Part shown: positions 45,222-53,879 of the stretch, piece after piece
Layout of the letters: every line of letters begins with the position of its first letter
Numbering within the stretch: position 1 is the first letter of the stretch
Assembly: GCA_964603935.1 (NCBI GenBank)
Contig: CAZRWL010000004.1
Coordinates: 1 to 60,691, forward strand
DNA: 60,691 bases
Direction of reading: 5' to 3'
Source: an uncultured Gammaproteobacteria bacterium
Lineage (GTDB): Bacteria; Patescibacteriota; Microgenomatia; Levybacterales; UBA12049
The notes under the pieces: generated by a model
Seen by the model: the letters and a program-made list of their open reading frames with translations, nothing else
Told to the model about the DNA's origin: nothing
The model's database searches: none
Translations under genes and position numbers: made by a program

Positions 45222-46709
45222 TTAAACGTATCCCGGGAAGAAGTCAATCTTAACTTGATCTGAACTAATACCCATACTTTTCAAAGTTTGCTCAAAACCT
45301 GAGACCATCGCATGCGGTCCGGAAAGATAAAACAATCTTTCTTTCCAATCCAAAACCTCTTCTTTAATCATTTTTGCGTCAATTCTTCCTATCTTTCCCT
45401 TCCAACCAGCAGGAATTTCCCCGGTCAATGTGTAAACAGTTTTTATTCCCAGACTGGAAAATGCTTGATTCCAAACATCCGTATACATAATTTCCGATGC
45501 GAATTTATTTGAATAAAGCAAAATAATATCCCTTTTCTCTCCCTTGTCTAAAAGATATTTAGTCATACTTCTGTAGGGCGTAATTCCTATTCCTCCGGCA
45601 ATAAATACGATCTTTTTGCTTACGTCTCCGGGCAAAATAAATGTACCTGCCAACTGCGCTCCTGCCAAAGGAGTTTTATGATCAAGATTTGCTAATGCTT
45701 TTTTAAAACTGCTTCCATTGGAATAAAGTTTAATTCCAAGTTTTAAGATATTCTCTGTCGGCGAAGATGCAATGGTAAAATATCTCCTGTTACCTCTGCT
45801 GTCGGATTTATCGTGCGGCAAAGTCCATTCCAGATATTGTCCGGGAACAAAATCGATTTTTTTATCCGGATTGAAAGTAAAATCAAGAATATCCGGTCCG
45901 ATTTTCAGCTTCTTCTTTAAAGTTAAAAGTAATTTTTGTTTCGGACTGACAAGGTAAGAAAAAATATTCCCCAACACGAGAGCAATTTCCGGAGTTAAGT
46001 AAATCACTCCCATACCAACTAAAATCCCATACAATATTCTCCATGCTTTCGAAGGAGGAGTTGTCAATGGTTCCGTCAACATGATAAATGCGAGGAAAAA
46101 TAATGCTGATTGAAAAAAAATTGTCTTTAATGATCCGATTAAATCTCCATGATTAAAGTATGCAAAACCCAAAACAACAATCGCTGCCGTAGCTAAAAAA
46201 CTGAATAGCAAATCTTCTCTCTGAATTTTTTTGACTATCAACAATCCGCCCAAAACAACAAACGGCATCATCCATGCGTTCCCCACCCACCAGCTTGCAT
46301 ACTGGCCGATAATAATCGGAGTTAGCACTACCGCAATGGCAGCCGGATTAAAAATATGCTTCCTGTTAATCGCCAATATATATTTTGATGCCATAGACAA
46401 AACACCAACCGATCCTAATAATGCAAACGAGCGGAAAGAAAATGAAGGAGTAACAATAAGGGCCAAAATAAGAGCAGTTATGTATACCGATTCTATATTG
46501 GCCGGAACTTTAAGAACAGAGGTAAAAATTTTGTTGGATATCCAGCATATTGAAATAAGAAAAAAAACTGAAAAAATTATTTCATATGGAAAAAAAGGAA
46601 GAACTCCAAAAAAACTTAGCGCGAACGCAATCACGACGAAGATAATTAAAAAATACAGCACAAGCCTGTACATTGTAATTCTGTCCAGAAAATTATCTAT
46701 CAAGTTCAT
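45222..46709 (-). CDS. NqrB/RnfD-like membrane domain fused to an FNR-type FAD/NAD-binding domain
   Basis: HIFNPAA, MLTEPLTTP; RYFTIASSP, IAGGIGITPY, YLSGP, DFFPGY. Confidence 0.88.
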   Translation of the reverse strand: MNLIDNFLDRITMYRLVLYFLIIFVVIAFALSFFGVLPFFPYEIIFSVFFLISICWISNKIFTSVLKVPANIESVYITALILALIVTPSFSFRSFALLGSVGVLSMASKYILAINRKHIFNPAAIAVVLTPIIIGQYASWWVGNAWMMPFVVLGGLLIVKKIQREDLLFSFLATAAIVVLGFAYFNHGDLIGSLKTIFFQSALFFLAFIMLTEPLTTPPSKAWRILYGILVGMGVIYLTPEIALVLGNIFSYLVSPKQKLLLTLKKKLKIGPDILDFTFNPDKKIDFVPGQYLEWTLPHDKSDSRGNRRYFTIASSPTENILKLGIKLYSNGSSFKKALANLDHKTPLAGAQLAGTFILPGDVSKKIVFIAGGIGITPYRSMTKYLLDKGEKRDIILLYSNKFASEIMYTDVWNQAFSSLGIKTVYTLTGEIPAGWKGKIGRIDAKMIKEEVLDWKERLFYLSGPHAMVSGFEQTLKSMGISSDQVKIDFFPGYV

Positions 46710-46915
46710 GACAATGAAGCTTTGTAGCCGGTTTTTTTTATTTGGTCTATTATTGCTTGGGGTTTTATTCTCTCTTCATCGAACTCAACCTCAGTCTCTT
46801 GTTTTGCATAGCTGGTTTTAGCGTTTTTCACACCCAAATCTTCCAGATCAAAATCAATGCTCATCGCGCAGCTGACGCAATGCATCCCTTCAATTTTAAA
46901 TTTTAATTTTTTCAT
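46706..46915 (-). CDS. copZ: Heavy-metal-associated (CopZ-like) chaperone
   Basis: GMHCVSC, ...GY. Confidence 0.88.
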   Translation of the reverse strand: MKKLKFKIEGMHCVSCAMSIDFDLEDLGVKNAKTSYAKQETEVEFDEERIKPQAIIDQIKKTGYKASLS

Positions 46916-46955
46916 AAAAGATCCTTCGACTTCGCTCAGGATGATTTGACTGCTG

Positions 46956-47972
46956 TCAAATCACCTCGATCACTCCCCTATACATTCCCATTGAGCAGGA
47001 AAACGGAATGGGTCCTGTTTTCTGAGGAGTAAAGGTTATTGTTTGCGTTTCGTTCGGCTGTAAATTCTTGCTTATTCCAAGCTGGGGAATCCTGAATGCG
47101 GATGCGCAGCTGTATGCGTCTTTACCAATCAGCTTAATTGTTACAGGAGACCCTTTTCTGACCTTAATGTAATTTGGCGAGTAACCCTGAGGAGTAATAA
47201 TAATTTCCGCATTTTGACTTATTTGCGTATTGTTATTTTGAGCCGGATTTGCGCCAAAGACAATTAGAACATCCTCTGTTACAGACTGTATTGATATGGG
47301 CGAACCGCCGGCTACCAATGCTCCATTTGCAGAAGTTATTCCCAGATACAAAACAGCAATAGCTGCTATTTTCAAAAACTTTTCTCTGAAGTTATCCCCC
47401 AAAATACTGGTTATCCAGCCTATTCCGAAAAATAAAGGCATTGTTCCCAAAACAAAAGCAGCCATAATCGCAGCTCCCAGAAAAGCGTTTGCACTGCTAA
47501 TAGCCAAAGCTTCCATCGCCAAGGTGGTACCGCAGGGAATAAAAATAGTCATAGCTCCCAAAAAGATAGGCGCAAATAAGTCTTTACTTTTAGATTGATT
47601 TCTGACTCGCCTTGTCAAAAATTTTGGCGGCTGAATAACCGCATATCTGAAAACCGGGTGCACCTCCAAAAGATTGAAAGCAACAGCAACCATGTAAATT
47701 CCGGCCGCAAATTGCATGATTATTTGCGCTTGCTGACTTATACCAATTGCTCCTCCAAAAGCACCAAGAATAAATCCCAATATCGAATAAGAAACTAATT
47801 TCGCCAGTAAAAAAGCAAGGGTCGGAAAAATCGTATTTTTTCGGTTAATTCCCCTTTCGATTTCCTCTTCTTCTTTGGCTGCGATAACTGATGCCAAAAG
47901 CCCGCCCTGAACAGCAAGGCAAGTCAATCCTCCAACAGTAAGACCGGTGATAAATATTACCCACAAATCCAT
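46956..47972 (-). CDS. DsbD_2/TauE-like membrane protein fused to a cupredoxin domain
   Basis: TCLAVQGG, IPCG, FVLGT; C-terminal SC...FSCSMGMY. Confidence 0.85.
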   Translation of the reverse strand: MDLWVIFITGLTVGGLTCLAVQGGLLASVIAAKEEEEIERGINRKNTIFPTLAFLLAKLVSYSILGFILGAFGGAIGISQQAQIIMQFAAGIYMVAVAFNLLEVHPVFRYAVIQPPKFLTRRVRNQSKSKDLFAPIFLGAMTIFIPCGTTLAMEALAISSANAFLGAAIMAAFVLGTMPLFFGIGWITSILGDNFREKFLKIAAIAVLYLGITSANGALVAGGSPISIQSVTEDVLIVFGANPAQNNNTQISQNAEIIITPQGYSPNYIKVRKGSPVTIKLIGKDAYSCASAFRIPQLGISKNLQPNETQTITFTPQKTGPIPFSCSMGMYRGVIEVI

Positions 47973-47973
47973 A

Positions 47974-50343
47974 TTATATTTTTGCTTTTTTCAACAATAA
48001 AGAATTAGCGACAACAGAAATAGAACTGGTTGCCATGGCAACCGATGCAAAAATAGGACTCAAAAGAAGATGAAAAAACGGATATAAAACTCCCATAGCA
48101 ACCGGTATTAATATTACATTATAACCAAACGCCCAGAAAAGATTCAACTTAATTGTCCGCATTGTTTTTTTAGATAATTCGATGGCAGAAGCTACTGTTC
48201 TCAGATCTTTATTGATTAGGGTAATGCCTGCCGCTTCAATTGCCACATCTGTTCCTGTTCCCATCGCTATCCCAACATCTGCTGCAGCCAATGCCGGCGC
48301 ATCATTTATCCCATCGCCAACAAACGCAACTATCTTTTTTCCATTGTCATTCTGAATACCCTCCGGGTACTTCGCTTGCTTCAGAATCTCCTCTTTCTCT
48401 TGAGGCAATATTTCCGCGAAGACTTTCTTAATTCCAATTTGTTTTGCAATCGCATTTGCAGTTCTCTGGTTATCTCCGGTAATCATAACCGTTTCTATTG
48501 CCAAATTGTTTAACTGCTTAATCGCTTCTTTGGCAGAATCCTTAACCGTGTCTGCAACAGCAATAAGCCCTGCCAGTTTCCCATCAACAGCCAACATCAT
48601 AACCGTTTTCCCCTCACTTTCTAACTCCTCAAGGCGTCGCCTTGCAGAATCAACCTCTACCTTTTCTTTATCCATTAATTTTCTATTTCCAAACGAAACT
48701 TTTAACTTTGAACTTTGAACTTTTAACTCGCCCTCTACCCCGTGTCCTGCAATCGCCCTAAACCCTTCAATTTTGCTTAAAGCAAGCTTTTGTTCTTCCG
48801 CTTTCTTAACAATCGCCTCTGCCAGCGAATGCTCACTTCCCTTTTCCAACGACGCGGCCAAACGTAAAATATCCTCCTCATTGAAAGGGGTGGCAAAAGA
48901 GGAGCGGACGAGCGGAGCGACGGAGCTCGCCTGCTTGACAGGCGTGGCATGAGTATTCGCGGCAGGACCCCGACCAATGATGTCAGTGATGATTGGCTTC
49001 CCATTCGTAAGCGTTCCTGTTTTGTCAAAAATAACAACATTAACTTTATGAGCAGTTTCCAGGCTTTGGGCATCTTTGATAAGTATTCCTTTTTCTGCTC
49101 CCAACCCTGTACCAACCATTATTGCTGTTGGAGTTGCCAATCCCATCGCGCAGGGACAAGCGATAATTAGTACGGCAACCGTATTCAGCATGGCAAAAAC
49201 AAATGCCGGCTGCGGACCAAAAATATACCACAGACCAAACGTTACAAATGCCAGCATAATTACGATAGGCACAAAATAAGAAGAAATTAAATCCGCGATT
49301 CTTTGAATAGGCGCTTTGCTTCCCTGCGCTTCCTGCACTAACTTAATGATTTGCGCAAGCATGGTATCGCTGCCTACCTTTGTCGCTTTGTAGAGAAATG
49401 TTCCTGATTTATTAAAAGTTGCGCCAATAACCGCATCTCCTTTTATTTTATCGATAGGTAAACTTTCGCCTGTTACCATTGACTCATCAATTGAAGATTC
49501 TCCCTCCATAATAACTCCGTCAACAGGAATTTTTTCACCCGGTCTGACACGGATAACTTCACCAACGGCAACTTGATCTATTGGAATATCAACTTCTACC
49601 CTTCCCCCTTCCCCCTTCCCCCTTAAAACCCTTGCAGTCTTGGCTTGTAAACCTATTAATTTTTTAATCGCTTCCGATGTGCCCGCCTTTGCTTTTGCTT
49701 CGAAATAACGTCCCAACAAAATCAAGCCGATAACAATCGTAGCCACATCAAAATATGGCATTGCCTCCAAGCCTAAATTCATGATTATATTAGGTAAAAA
49801 TGTTACGAATGCCGAATAAGCAAAAGCAACAGTTGTTCCCAATGCAACCAGAGTGTCCATATTGGCAGTTCGATGTCTTAAGGCAGGAATTGTCGCTTGA
49901 TAAAACATGCTTCCTGCCCAAAACTGAACAGGAATAGCAAGCAGAAATTGCACGAAGAAGTTTTTCAAAAAAATGGGCGCGGTGTTTATCAACCCGGGAA
50001 AACTTCCCCACAAAATCAGCGCTCCCAAAAACAAACTTACAATTACCTTATTCTTCAAAGCTTTCAGTTCTTTTTCTTTTTCAATTTTTTCCTTGTCCGC
50101 CAAAGCTTCAGCGTCGGCGGATTTATCTCCAACAATTAATTTATATCCAACATTGGATACTGCAGATGCTATTTGTTCTTCTCTGCATACATCTGGATCG
50201 TATGTTACCGTTGCTTTTTCTGTTGCCAAATTTACCGCAGCATTACTTATGCCTGAAGTTTTCATCAATGCTCTTTCAATTGTCCTCACACAAGAAGCAC
50301 AATGCATGCCCTTGATTGGAAATGTTTTTTTAACTTCTACCAT
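47974..50343 (-). CDS. copA: Cu(I)-transporting P1B ATPase with several in-frame repeat insertions
   Basis: GMHCASC, TGES, CPC, DKTGT, SEH, GDGIND, YN, MATSS. Confidence 0.97.
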   Translation of the reverse strand: MVEVKKTFPIKGMHCASCVRTIERALMKTSGISNAAVNLATEKATVTYDPDVCREEQIASAVSNVGYKLIVGDKSADAEALADKEKIEKEKELKALKNKVIVSLFLGALILWGSFPGLINTAPIFLKNFFVQFLLAIPVQFWAGSMFYQATIPALRHRTANMDTLVALGTTVAFAYSAFVTFLPNIIMNLGLEAMPYFDVATIVIGLILLGRYFEAKAKAGTSEAIKKLIGLQAKTARVLRGKGEGGRVEVDIPIDQVAVGEVIRVRPGEKIPVDGVIMEGESSIDESMVTGESLPIDKIKGDAVIGATFNKSGTFLYKATKVGSDTMLAQIIKLVQEAQGSKAPIQRIADLISSYFVPIVIMLAFVTFGLWYIFGPQPAFVFAMLNTVAVLIIACPCAMGLATPTAIMVGTGLGAEKGILIKDAQSLETAHKVNVVIFDKTGTLTNGKPIITDIIGRGPAANTHATPVKQASSVAPLVRSSFATPFNEEDILRLAASLEKGSEHSLAEAIVKKAEEQKLALSKIEGFRAIAGHGVEGELKVQSSKLKVSFGNRKLMDKEKVEVDSARRRLEELESEGKTVMMLAVDGKLAGLIAVADTVKDSAKEAIKQLNNLAIETVMITGDNQRTANAIAKQIGIKKVFAEILPQEKEEILKQAKYPEGIQNDNGKKIVAFVGDGINDAPALAAADVGIAMGTGTDVAIEAAGITLINKDLRTVASAIELSKKTMRTIKLNLFWAFGYNVILIPVAMGVLYPFFHLLLSPIFASVAMATSSISVVANSLLLKKAKI
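48345..48390. repeat. 46-bp expanded family A element, in frame in copA
   Basis: Encodes [15 protein letters not shown]. Confidence 0.9.
48886..48975. repeat. Family B element (90 bp), in frame in copA
   Basis: Encodes GRGPAANTH...FATP; same ends as 35345-35440. Confidence 0.85.
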
Positions 50344-50351
50344 AGTTTTAT

Positions 50352-50379
50352 TGTCATGCCGAACTCGTTTCGGCATCTC
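50352..50379. repeat. Family A element (intergenic)
   Basis: TGTCATGCCGAACTCGTTTCGGCATCTC; stem differs from other copies by compensatory changes. Confidence 0.88.
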
Positions 50380-50743
50380 AATCCTTAACAATAATTTTCC
50401 CATGAAACATGCCCATTCCGCAGGAAATTTCAAATATTCCGCTTTTCTTGGGTGTTATTTGAATTGTCGTTGTTTTATTTAAAGGCAGGTATTGTCTGAT
50501 TTTAAAATCAGGAATTAAAACTTCTTCCAAACACGAACTTGAATCTTGGCGTATAAAATTAAGCGCCGTTTTCTTTCCTTTTTTAATTGAAATTGCATTT
50601 GGCGTATATCCCCCCTTAACAATAATATCAACCGTATCGCTCACCGAAACCATCGCTCCTTCTCTTTTCAGCAAAAAAAACCAATAAGTAAATCCTATTC
50701 CAAAAACACTAAAAATAGCGACCAATAATTTATCAATAGTCAT
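50378..50743 (-). CDS. Membrane-anchored cupredoxin (CupA-like)
   Basis: [21 protein letters not shown]. Confidence 0.9.
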   Translation of the reverse strand: MTIDKLLVAIFSVFGIGFTYWFFLLKREGAMVSVSDTVDIIVKGGYTPNAISIKKGKKTALNFIRQDSSSCLEEVLIPDFKIRQYLPLNKTTTIQITPKKSGIFEISCGMGMFHGKIIVKD

Positions 50744-50766
50744 AATGATTATCCTTTCTAAGGATA

Positions 50767-51030
50767 TTACTTTGACCAGCGATTGTACAGCGTAATTGTG
50801 CCGTACACCGTTATCCAAGTCAAGCCTGATGCAGTTGCTAATCCTAGAATTAATGATCCCAAATCCGGAGCAAATGCAGCTTTGACCGTCTCAAGATTTA
50901 CAGTATGCATCCAAGATTGAGCAATGGAAAAGAGCAAATCCGGCATTAGATACGAAAATAACGCGCAAGCTATGACCCAAACCCCCATAACCGCTGCTCC
51001 CGCGTTGGCGAAAACTTTTGCATTCAACAT
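50767..51030 (-). CDS. Small two-TM protein (DUF5676-like)
   Basis: SD GGAGGTGA; C, SWMH, LYN pattern. Confidence 0.7.
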   Translation of the reverse strand: MLNAKVFANAGAAVMGVWVIACALFSYLMPDLLFSIAQSWMHTVNLETVKAAFAPDLGSLILGLATASGLTWITVYGTITLYNRWSK

Positions 51031-51048
51031 CTTTATCACCTCCCTTCG

Positions 51049-51113
51049 CCCGCCAAAGCTTTCTCGGCCTTCGTAGCCGAAGTTACTTCGGCGAAGGAGG
51101 CAGCGTCGGCGGG
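51049..51113. repeat. Nested palindromic element (CCGCCAAAGCTT...CAGCGTCGGCGG with a 39-bp hairpin insert)
   Basis: An uninterrupted version lies in frame in copA at 50096-50121. Confidence 0.8.
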
Positions 51114-51121
51114 TCTTCTCG

Positions 51122-51955
51122 TTATATCTTTTTTCTAATTTTATAAAAAACAAAAACAAGAACTGCGACGAAAGCAAGATTGAGAATAAGATTATTTCCA
51201 ACATATTGATTCACGAAACTGCTTGCATTGGTAATTATTTTTGTAAACCCCGCAACATCGCCCATTCCCAAGCGGCCGATTGCTTTTAAGTAAATAATCG
51301 TTATTCCTGTGAATGCAAAAATAATGCTGGCTGCAAGACTGCTTAAAGTTACGATTCTTTCCTTTCTCAGAAATACAAAACTCAACAACGGCTTTCTTAA
51401 AAATGCAAGTTTATTAATTTTTCCGGAAAGAAATACCGCTATAAAAAGAAGCGGCATAATCATTCCCAATACATACATTCCTCCGATAGACAAAGCTCCG
51501 AAAAAATTAGGAGAGAGAAATGTCAATGTCAATATGCCAATCAAAACCGGCGCGCAACAAGCAGATGTAATGCCCGAAAAAATTCCCAGAGTAAAAACCG
51601 AAAGCACATCGGTTTTTCGCGTGTCACGTCCAGGAAAACTTGGCATTGGTAATTTTACTCCTAAAAAAGTAATTGCAGCTGATATAAGCATGATAAATCC
51701 GCCTATGAAATAAATACTGTCATGATAGACAAAGAGAGCTTTTGATAACGCTGCCACTCCCAAAACAGCAGGCATCATCACTACAAAAATACCCAATCCA
51801 AAAACCAATGTCATCAAAACCACTTTCTCTTTTTCCTTAAATACGCTGCCTAGATATGCCGGCAGTAAAAAGGAAATACAGCAGGGAGCAAAAAGGGCAA
51901 CTATTCCCGCAGCAAACGCAGCGATTAAAGAAGTTTGAAAAACTATCTGCTCCAT
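51122..51955 (-). CDS. CcdA/DsbD-type thiol-disulfide transporter
   Basis: FAPCCISFLLPAY, SACCAPVL. Confidence 0.85.
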   Translation of the reverse strand: MEQIVFQTSLIAAFAAGIVALFAPCCISFLLPAYLGSVFKEKEKVVLMTLVFGLGIFVVMMPAVLGVAALSKALFVYHDSIYFIGGFIMLISAAITFLGVKLPMPSFPGRDTRKTDVLSVFTLGIFSGITSACCAPVLIGILTLTFLSPNFFGALSIGGMYVLGMIMPLLFIAVFLSGKINKLAFLRKPLLSFVFLRKERIVTLSSLAASIIFAFTGITIIYLKAIGRLGMGDVAGFTKIITNASSFVNQYVGNNLILNLAFVAVLVFVFYKIRKKI

Positions 51956-52905
51956 TATGCCCCGCACCCTCCCTGCTGAACATTTAAGCCCGGTACATTC
52001 TGAACATTTTGACGGGTTTGCTGTGATCCCTGCGCTGAAGAATATTGAGAGCTCAAGGCAGTCCTGGCATCAACTTTGCTCCAATCAATCCCTTGTTTAC
52101 CAAAATATGCGGCGAGCTCTACGTAGGTTTGCGGAAACCAGAAGGCGTTAAGAGCGAGAATATCTTTGTAGATTTGCTTCTCCGGGACACCTTGAGAAAC
52201 TGCAAGCTCTATATATCCTAATGCTGCCATGCCATGATTGCAATCTGGGAATTCAGTTGAATTATTACAGCAGGGACGAAAAACATTCTGCGCAATTCTC
52301 TTGACCAGTTCTTGCTGCTCCACAGTTAGTTTAATAATTTCTGCCGAAGAATAAAGTTCGGATGTGGGTTTGGATCCCAAATTCCATCCGCCGGTTGACG
52401 CAAAATTCATCACATCTCCTTTGCCATAGATTTTCATTGACCCTTCTTCAAGAATTTTGTTTTTATTAACCAATCCCAATGCCCATAAAGTATTTACCAT
52501 GAACCGCGAATTGGATTCGTTAATTGTCATTTTATCATTTGAAACACTCATTAAATGCCCCATCTCTTTTTTCGCCGCCATATCCTGAACAAATAACTCC
52601 TCATATTTTGTTTTATCTATAACTCCTGATTCCAATAACTGTTTTCCGATATCGCTCCATTTAGCAGCTAATTTATATCCTTTCTGAGGCAATACTTTTT
52701 GTTTAAGAATTTGCGCAAGTTCTTCCGGATTTTTTGTTGTTTTTGCCAATTCGAAGAGTTGAACATTGAAGTTTTTTTTCATAATGTAATATTGCACAAA
52801 TCCTGTAATTAAAACCGAATTTAAGAGCAACAGAATAACCATCCATATTGGTATCACTTTGAAAAGCAATTTTCTTATTTTTCTTTTAAATTTTTTGGAA
52901 GCCAT
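51955..52905 (-). CDS. Membrane-anchored Cys/His-motif protein of unknown function
   Basis: ASTGGW, RPCCNNS.EFPDCNHGMA, C-terminal GGCG. Confidence 0.8.
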   Translation of the reverse strand: MASKKFKRKIRKLLFKVIPIWMVILLLLNSVLITGFVQYYIMKKNFNVQLFELAKTTKNPEELAQILKQKVLPQKGYKLAAKWSDIGKQLLESGVIDKTKYEELFVQDMAAKKEMGHLMSVSNDKMTINESNSRFMVNTLWALGLVNKNKILEEGSMKIYGKGDVMNFASTGGWNLGSKPTSELYSSAEIIKLTVEQQELVKRIAQNVFRPCCNNSTEFPDCNHGMAALGYIELAVSQGVPEKQIYKDILALNAFWFPQTYVELAAYFGKQGIDWSKVDARTALSSQYSSAQGSQQTRQNVQNVPGLNVQQGGCGA

Positions 52906-52907
52906 TT

Positions 52908-53405
52908 TTATTTCACAACTGTTCCCGTAAGAGTAAATGTCAACTTGGAGTTGGCCTTATCATTTGTTTCAACCGATACAAATCTGTTTATCGGCCCTAC
53001 GCCTTGAGGTCCGTGATACGCAGGATCAAAAACAGCAGTTAATTTTGCCTCTGCGCCTTTTGGTATTTCTCCAACCCATGCAGACAAACCGTCCATGCCA
53101 AAACGCGGACCATCAACTCCGTTAATCGTAACATAAGCTTTTGTACAATGACAGGAAGTTTTTATATTGAATAATTTAAGTATGTCTGTACCTGTATTTT
53201 TGATAGCAAAAGCTTTCGTAACATTTCCTTTGTACATCGGTATATTCCCCCAATCAAAACTTGTGGAATCCGACACATAAGCTTTGGCGTTCTGAGAAGC
53301 TGTGATTTGAGGAGTATTCGTAGTTTTCGTTAAGAAAAACACTCCTCCAAAAAACAAGACTATTGTTGAAATAACCATTAGAATAATGATCTTTTTTTCG
53401 CTCAT
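52908..53405 (-). CDS. DUF1573 domain protein
   Basis: FDWGNI, IKNTG, TSCHCT, FDPAYHGP, ETND. Confidence 0.85.
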   Translation of the reverse strand: MSEKKIIILMVISTIVLFFGGVFFLTKTTNTPQITASQNAKAYVSDSTSFDWGNIPMYKGNVTKAFAIKNTGTDILKLFNIKTSCHCTKAYVTINGVDGPRFGMDGLSAWVGEIPKGAEAKLTAVFDPAYHGPQGVGPINRFVSVETNDKANSKLTFTLTGTVVK

Positions 53406-53406
53406 A

Positions 53407-53682
53407 TTAATTATTTGTTTTTTTAAAAATAGTCATAATTTCTTCGATTGCTTTTTCTTGCTTGCCTTTTCTGATAGAGTCAATTGCGCAGGTTTTGAGG
53501 TGATTTTCCAAAACAACTCCTTCAGTTTGCGAAATTGCATTTTCCACTGCTTGCATTTGATGAAGCACATCAATGCAGTAAGTATCGTCCTCAACCATTT
53601 GAATAACTTTTTTTAGATGCCCATTAGCAATTTTTAAACGGTGGAGTATTCTTTCCTGTGTATCTTTCGGTCTGTATGCCAT
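53407..53682 (-). CDS. csoR: CsoR/RcnR family metal-sensing repressor
   Basis: RLKIANGHL, YCIDVLHQ, NHLKTC (C-H-C copper ligands). Confidence 0.93.
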   Translation of the reverse strand: MAYRPKDTQERILHRLKIANGHLKKVIQMVEDDTYCIDVLHQMQAVENAISQTEGVVLENHLKTCAIDSIRKGKQEKAIEEIMTIFKKTNN

Positions 53683-53700
53683 AAAATTAAGTGAAGAAGG

Positions 53701-53721
53701 ATATCCCCCCTACGGGGATAT
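53701..53721. promoter_or_regulatory. CsoR-type operator ATATCCCC-N5-GGGGATAT
   Basis: C/G-tract palindrome 19 bp upstream of csoR; minus-strand TTGACA at 53743-48. Confidence 0.8.
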
Positions 53722-53879
53722 ATTACTACCACAGAATACCCATGTCAATAAGTAAATAAAAATCGTAAAAAAATGAACGGACTTTTTTCTGGGGAGGGTT
53801 TTAGTTAGTAATATTTTTACCCATAGTCCTAACAAACGCATCTCTTAAAGCGGAAATTTTAGAAATATTCTTCTATTAT

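Noticed and set aside
12409-50379. Family A repeats as a CRISPR array
   Set aside because: Copies are dispersed, not regularly spaced with unique spacers, and no cas genes are present.
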